Positions 15,447 through 20,000 of a stretch of 20,000 nt of DNA are shown in pieces. Under the pieces are notes generated by a model. The model was not told where the DNA came from. It worked only from the letters and a program-made list of their open reading frames with translations, and made no database searches. The stretch lies in IMG/VR virus record IMGVR_UViG_3300014773_000001. One strand, given 5' to 3'. The DNA comes from an uncultured virus (IMG/VR IMGVR_UViG_3300014773_000001) (lineage: Duplodnaviria > Heunggongvirae > Uroviricota > Caudoviricetes). The position numbers and the translations under genes are program-made. Position 1 is the stretch's first letter; each line of letters opens with the position of its first letter.

Positions 15447-16426
15447 CCGCGCTCGTCGCCCTCGGCGTCCCCGGCCGCCAGCGCCACATCAGCCAGCTCC
15501 GCTACGAGCGCAAGCCGTACACGAACTGCACCGGCTTCGCCCTCGCCCAGTGCCTGGAGTTCGGCGGGCTCGACATCGCCGACCCGGAGGGGTTCATCTC
15601 CCGCGGCCGGAAGCTCACCAAGATCGCCGAGGTGGACTCGAAGGGGAACAGCCAGGGCACATCGGTGGCCGACTGGCTCGGCGCGTTCGACCAGCTGCTC
15701 CCCTGGGTGGTCGTGGAGACCGGGTACTGGCAGGAGCGCGCCCTACTCGATGCCCTCGCTGCCGGCGAGCTCGTCGCTGCGGCCGGGGTCAAGTACGACG
15801 CCCTGCCGACCCGGCAGCGCCGGTGGTCGAAGCGCTTCGACGGCTCGCACCGCTTCACCCTCCGCGGCGCCCGCCGCCGCGGAGGCGTCTGGCAGGTCAA
15901 GTCGGACGACCCCCTGCCGCGGTCGTCGTCCTACCTGGGCGACTGGATGGCGTGGTCGGACTTCAAGCGCGCGATGCGCGCCAACGGACAGGTCGACGGG
16001 ACCCGGGTGTGGGTCGCGACCGTGAGGAAGGGAGCAGCCGTGGGATCGCTCATCCGCCCCGTCGAGGTGTATGCCCCGGCAGCGACGGTCACCGTGCCCA
16101 AGGGCACCTCGACCTGGACGGTCGACGCCGCCACGGGCCGACTCCTCGCGGGCAAGCCCGCGCCGTCCAAGCACACGGCGGGCGCGCTCGCACGGAGCAA
16201 CGTGCGCAACTACCCCGCGTCGTCCCCGTCGGGGTCGTTCATCACCCTCATCGGCGGTCCCTGCGATGGGGCCTTCGTCCGTAGCCGCGATGTGACCGTC
16301 ACGCCGGCGACGCCGCCCGACGACATCGCGACCCGTCTCGCCGAGGCCCGCCAGTCCGGCTACGACGCCGCCCAGGCCGAGTACTCCGAGGTCGATGGCC
16401 CGCTGTACGCGAGGACGCCGGCATGA
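15443..16426 (+). CDS. Putative endolysin, papain-fold/C39-like cysteine peptidase (327 aa)
   Basis: SQL...NCTGFALA (Gln and catalytic Cys), GTS, GSHRFTL (His) and DDPL (Asp). Flanked by membrane proteins and a holin. Confidence 0.65.
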   Translation: MTALVALGVPGRQRHISQLRYERKPYTNCTGFALAQCLEFGGLDIADPEGFISRGRKLTKIAEVDSKGNSQGTSVADWLGAFDQLLPWVVVETGYWQERALLDALAAGELVAAAGVKYDALPTRQRRWSKRFDGSHRFTLRGARRRGGVWQVKSDDPLPRSSSYLGDWMAWSDFKRAMRANGQVDGTRVWVATVRKGAAVGSLIRPVEVYAPAATVTVPKGTSTWTVDAATGRLLAGKPAPSKHTAGALARSNVRNYPASSPSGSFITLIGGPCDGAFVRSRDVTVTPATPPDDIATRLAEARQSGYDAAQAEYSEVDGPLYARTPA

Positions 16427-16665
16427 CCGACCTGCTGGAGGAGGCCGCTCGCCTGCTCACCGATGCCAACGAGCTCCGCGCCATCGACAAGCCGGCCACG
16501 GCCAGCATCCTCGAGCAGGAGTCGGCTCGTCTGCTCTCCGAGCACAACGCGGTCACCCCGACCGAGGCCGCCGATGCCGACGTGGCCGCGCCCGAGGAGG
16601 GCTGGCTCAGCCCGGACCGGCCGGACACGCCGATCTTCGACGACGAGGACGGTGAGCCCGAGTGA
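16423..16665 (+). CDS. Acidic hypothetical protein (80 aa)
   Basis: ATGA and GTGA overlaps. G/C-ending codons. Confidence 0.65.
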   Translation: MTDLLEEAARLLTDANELRAIDKPATASILEQESARLLSEHNAVTPTEAADADVAAPEEGWLSPDRPDTPIFDDEDGEPE

Positions 16666-16820
16666 CCCGCGTGCTGGCCGTCATCGGTGCCGTCGCCGTC
16701 GCTGCTGGAGCCGCGTTCGCAGCCCTCGTCGCCCTGTCGTGGCGCGACCTGAGCGCCGGCTCCTCATCCCTCTCGGTCGAGCTCGGGATCGAGCGCGACT
16801 ACGAGACCACCGGAGTCTGA
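16662..16820 (+). CDS. Small single-TM protein (52 aa), absent from the ORF track
   Basis: GTGA-coupled start. Translates as MTRVLAVIGAVAVAAGAAFAALVALSWRD...ETTGV with a stop at 16818-16820. Confidence 0.6.
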   Translation: MTRVLAVIGAVAVAAGAAFAALVALSWRDLSAGSSSLSVELGIERDYETTGV

Positions 16821-16830
16821 GGAGGACCCG

Positions 16831-17214
16831 ATGTCGCAGTCCCTCGGTGCAGCCATCACGGAGTTCTTCGGGACCCCGGCCGGCGCCGCCATCGTCGCCC
16901 TGTTCGCGCTCGCCTCGCTGGACCTCATCCTCGGCATCCTCGCCGCCTTCCGCGACGATGTCTTCACCGCTGGTTCGCTCGCCGCGTGGATCCGCAAGCA
17001 CATCGCCGGCCGGGTCCTGCCCATCACGGCCGTGCTGCTCATCGCGCACATGACGGGTGGGCTCTCGTTCGAGGGCGGTGAGGTCATCAGCCCTGGCACC
17101 GTGCTGACCACGATCGGCCTCGGCATGGCCGCGACCTACGTGCTGGAGACCATCGCCAGCATCCGCGACTCCCTCCAGGCGCAGCCCGGCTCCCGGTCCG
17201 TGCCGAGGGATTGA
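16831..17214 (+). CDS. Holin (phage holin 4-like)
   Basis: GAGGAGG ribosome-binding site. LDLILGILAAF...F.AGSL..WIRK and YVLETIASI patterns, with about 3 TM segments. Confidence 0.75.
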   Translation: MSQSLGAAITEFFGTPAGAAIVALFALASLDLILGILAAFRDDVFTAGSLAAWIRKHIAGRVLPITAVLLIAHMTGGLSFEGGEVISPGTVLTTIGLGMAATYVLETIASIRDSLQAQPGSRSVPRD

Positions 17215-17216
17215 CC

Positions 17217-18092
17217 ATGGCCTGGTCCCCCGCCGACCTCCCCGGCCTGCGCCTGTGGCTCGATGCCTCGCAGCTCCCCCTCGCCGATGGTGACCCCGTC
17301 GACGAGTGGACGGACCTGTCCGGCTCGGGCGTGCCCTACGCCGCACCGGAGCCCGGTCGCCGCCCCACGTTCCGCGAGGATGTCATCGCGGGGCGTGCCG
17401 GGATCTGGTTCGACGGCTCCGACGACTGGCTCCACTCGGCAACCCCCGGCACGCTCGACCCTGCGCAGGGCCTCACCCTGTTCGCGGTGTTCTCACCCGC
17501 CGAGACCCAGGTGGGCGACTGGAACAGCATCTGGCAGCGCGGCGCCACCGTGGGCCTGTGGTACCGCGGCATGAGTCGCAAGGTGAGCTGGTACGACGGT
17601 GCCGACCTCGCGAGCATCGAGGCGGCCGATGTGTCGATGCTCGCCGGCCTCGTCATCAGCGGCACCGCCGCCAGCCTGCGTATCAGCGGCAACGACCCTG
17701 CCACCCGCACCGGCACCTGGACCGCCAACGTCTGGGGCGACGGCATCGGCAACGACCAGGGCAACGAGCGCTACCGCGGCCACATCCACGAGATCATCGT
17801 CGCCGACGTGGCAGCGTCCACCGAGGACCGACAGCTCGCCGAGGGCTACCTCGCGTGGCGCTGGGGCCTCGTCGCCTCCCTCCCCGAGGACCATCCCCAC
17901 CGGGATGCGGACCCGGGCGTGGAACCACCCGCCCCGGAGCCCGAGCCCGTCGTGAGCGGTGATGCCGGGCTGTCGGTGTCCGTGCGCCCCGTGGGCGTCA
18001 TCACCCCGTCCGTGGCCCTCCGCGGCCAGGTGGCGGCGCAGGTGGCCCTCCGCGGGCAGGTGCGCGCATCGGTGGAGGTGCTGGTCCCGTGA
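17217..18092 (+). CDS. LamG/concanavalin A-like beta-sandwich protein (probable virion or tail component)
   Basis: WSPADL..LRLWLDAS...VDEWTDLSG...PTF...IWFDGSDDWL...GHIHEIIV...EGYLAWRWGL pattern. Alternative TTG start at 17211. Confidence 0.75.
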   Translation: MAWSPADLPGLRLWLDASQLPLADGDPVDEWTDLSGSGVPYAAPEPGRRPTFREDVIAGRAGIWFDGSDDWLHSATPGTLDPAQGLTLFAVFSPAETQVGDWNSIWQRGATVGLWYRGMSRKVSWYDGADLASIEAADVSMLAGLVISGTAASLRISGNDPATRTGTWTANVWGDGIGNDQGNERYRGHIHEIIVADVAASTEDRQLAEGYLAWRWGLVASLPEDHPHRDADPGVEPPAPEPEPVVSGDAGLSVSVRPVGVITPSVALRGQVAAQVALRGQVRASVEVLVP

Positions 18093-18382
18093 GCGTCATC
18101 CACGAGGGCGCCACCGTGCGCCTGACGGCCGTGTTCACCAACGCCTCGGGCGAGCCGGAGGACATGGACACGACGCCCACCCTCACGGTCGCCCCCCTTG
18201 GTGGGCCATCGGTGGCGGTGGATGTCACCCGCACCAGCGTGGGCACGTACCGCGCTGACAGGGCGTTCGCAGGCGGGCGATGGGTCTTTCGGTGGGAAGG
18301 TTCCAAGTCGAGCCAGCCGCGGGTGGTCGAGAACTCGCTCGATGTGCTCGCACGCGCCGTTCCCGAACCGGTGACGCCATGA
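18089..18382 (+). CDS. Small Ig-like/beta-sandwich virion-type protein (97 aa)
   Basis: GATVRLTAVF...TLTV...GTYRAD...GRWVFRWEG beta-strand pattern. Coupled overlaps. Confidence 0.6.
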   Translation: MSVIHEGATVRLTAVFTNASGEPEDMDTTPTLTVAPLGGPSVAVDVTRTSVGTYRADRAFAGGRWVFRWEGSKSSQPRVVENSLDVLARAVPEPVTP

Positions 18383-18648
18383 GCGGCGCGATCTGCTGCG
18401 CGTGCCGGATCACCCGGCCGCTGGAGACCCTGCTCGCTGTCACCGACCGGGCGACCGGGTCGGTCCGCTTCGTGTGCCGCCCGTCGCTGCCACAGACCCG
18501 GGGGCGGGCCTGCTTCAGCGATGCCGTGCGGACCGCCGACCTCGACGCCATCGCCCAGGCGAACTCGCCCGATCGCCGCGCCGACGCCCGTCGCGAGCGC
18601 CGAGAGGGCGAGCGCGCTCGGGTGCGCGAGCTGGTGGCCCAGCGATGA
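18379..18648 (+). CDS. Cys-rich hypothetical protein (89 aa)
   Basis: CCAC...VCRP...CF motif. ATGA overlaps at both ends. Confidence 0.6.
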   Translation: MSGAICCACRITRPLETLLAVTDRATGSVRFVCRPSLPQTRGRACFSDAVRTADLDAIAQANSPDRRADARRERREGERARVRELVAQR

Positions 18649-19238
18649 CGCGGGCCTACGACCCCAAGGTGCACTGCGGGGCCAAGTCGCACAGCCGCGG
18701 CCTGCCCTGCGTCCAGTGGAAGGGGTTCCGCACCGACCACCCCGGGAGCGGTCACTGCACCTTCCACGGCGGCGCCACCCCGACCAACAAGAAGGCCGCC
18801 GCTCGCGAGCGGGTCGCCCGCGCGCTGGACCAGCTCGGCCAGCCCGCCGGGACTGGGGACCCGTTCCAGCTGCTGTCCAAGGCGGTGCAGCACGCCGAGG
18901 GCCACCTGGAGGCCGCTGCCGCCCTCGTCCGCGAGGCCGCTGCCGCCGCGGATGCACAGGTCGCCTCGGTCACCGCCGCCCTCGACCTGGAGGCCTCGCT
19001 CGAGGTGCTCGAGGTCGCCATCCGTGATGCCGCCCGCGTGGGCAAGCAGGCCGTCGATGCCGACGTGGCCGACCGCCGGCAGGCCATCGACGACCGTGCG
19101 GAGTCGTTGCTCTGGCGGTTCGTCTCCGCGCTGTTCGAGCGCTACGTCCCCGACGAGCGGCGACGCGAAGCCGAGGCGTGGGCGGCGACGACGCTGAGCG
19201 AGATCGCCGGCGAGTACGACCAGTCGGTGGTGCACTGA
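18645..19238 (+). CDS. Probable terminase small subunit with HGGxSTG-like Zn motif (197 aa)
   Basis: CGAK...PC...GHCTFHGGATP followed by helical segments. TGATG-coupled to terL. Confidence 0.7.
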   Translation: MTRAYDPKVHCGAKSHSRGLPCVQWKGFRTDHPGSGHCTFHGGATPTNKKAAARERVARALDQLGQPAGTGDPFQLLSKAVQHAEGHLEAAAALVREAAAAADAQVASVTAALDLEASLEVLEVAIRDAARVGKQAVDADVADRRQAIDDRAESLLWRFVSALFERYVPDERRREAEAWAATTLSEIAGEYDQSVVH

Positions 19239-20000
19239 TGCCGGCCGCGACCATCGCCCGCCCGGGCAACGTCTTCGCCCGCCTGGCCGCCCGGTTCGAC
19301 CCGGAGAGCCCACACGCGGTGTCGATGCGGGAGCGCGACGATGCCTTCGCCGACGTCCGCGCGTTCGCCCGCCACGTCCGCATCCAGGACGCCGACGGTG
19401 CCGAGCGGGCGTTCGTCTCGGTCGCCTGGTCGTGGCAGCTCGTGCTGCTCGCCCTCTGGGCGATGACGAAGCTCTCCGTCGTCCTCAAGGCTCGCCAGCT
19501 GGGCGTGTCGTGGCTCGCGGCGATCTTCGCCCTCTGGTCCGCGATGCGCCAGCCCGGGCAGAACGTGCTGCTCATCTCCAAGAAGCAGGACGACGCGGAC
19601 AAGCTGCTCGAGAAGGTCGCATTCATCTACAACCGGCTGCCCGACTGGCGGCCCTACGCCATCGTCAACACCCGCGAGATCCGGTTCCCGCTGCTCGGAT
19701 CGTCCATCCAGGCGATGCCGGCCAGCGAGGATGTCGGTCGCTCCCGGACGGCCAACCTCGTCATCCTCGACGAGCACGGACACCAACCGTTCGCGCGCAA
19801 GATCCTGCAGGCCGTCATGGCCGCCGCCGAGCAGGGCCGCATCGTCTCGATCAGCACCGGCAACGGTCGCGGCGCCCTCCACTCGCAGATCTACCTCGCC
19901 GCTCGCGGCCAGCGCCCCCTGGTCAACGTCGCCCTCCCCGACGGGACCCGGCTGCCCATCCTGGTGACCGCCGACGTCGGGGAGAACGGCTGGCGCGGCG
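19238..20000 (+). CDS. terL: Terminase large subunit, ATPase domain (3'-truncated)
   Basis: VVLKARQLGVSW (Walker A variant), VLLISKKQDDA, GRSRTANLVILDE (Walker B) and ISTGNG (motif III). Open to the window end. Confidence 0.92.
   Translation, partial: MPAATIARPGNVFARLAARFDPESPHAVSMRERDDAFADVRAFARHVRIQDADGAERAFVSVAWSWQLVLLALWAMTKLSVVLKARQLGVSWLAAIFALWSAMRQPGQNVLLISKKQDDADKLLEKVAFIYNRLPDWRPYAIVNTREIRFPLLGSSIQAMPASEDVGRSRTANLVILDEHGHQPFARKILQAVMAAAEQGRIVSISTGNGRGALHSQIYLAARGQRPLVNVALPDGTRLPILVTADVGENGWRG

Larger units (their letters stand above)
1..20000 (+). mobile_element. Temperate tailed phage (replication, integration, lysis and packaging modules); probably the excised or virion form
   Basis: Terminase pair, holin/endolysin-like genes, serine integrase, primase/helicase, RuvC and HNH are all present. 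Genes are densely packed and co-directional, and no host housekeeping genes are seen. Confidence 0.93.

Overview
A very GC-rich (about 70% by eye) temperate tailed-phage genome segment. Almost all genes are on the + strand, and most junctions are overlapping ATGA/GTGA/TGATG stop-starts. Gene order: SNF2-like helicase/DNA methylase fusion (5'-truncated), HerA/FtsK-like ATPase, a DnaA-box cluster, TOPRIM primase-like gene, RecA-family (AAA_25-like) helicase with an iteron-like patch, RuvC-like resolvase, one minus-strand membrane-anchored moron, ASCH, HNH and small Cys-rich ORFs, a large serine recombinase, LuxR-HTH/GIY-YIG and LuxR-HTH genes, an initiator-like tRNA-Met(CAT), a lysis cassette (membrane proteins, C39-like peptidase, holin), LamG-like and Ig-like proteins, and small and large terminase (3'-truncated). 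Most notable: (1) a 17-nt antisense copy of a tRNA-Arg-like 3' end inside the integrase C-terminal coding sequence, a probable attP whose use would swap the integrase tail and cut the operon just before the late regulators; (2) a DnaA-box array just upstream of the replication genes; (3) 12-bp direct repeats at the probable late promoter; (4) a chimeric initiator/elongator tRNA. Family calls are motif recognition by eye, not database results.
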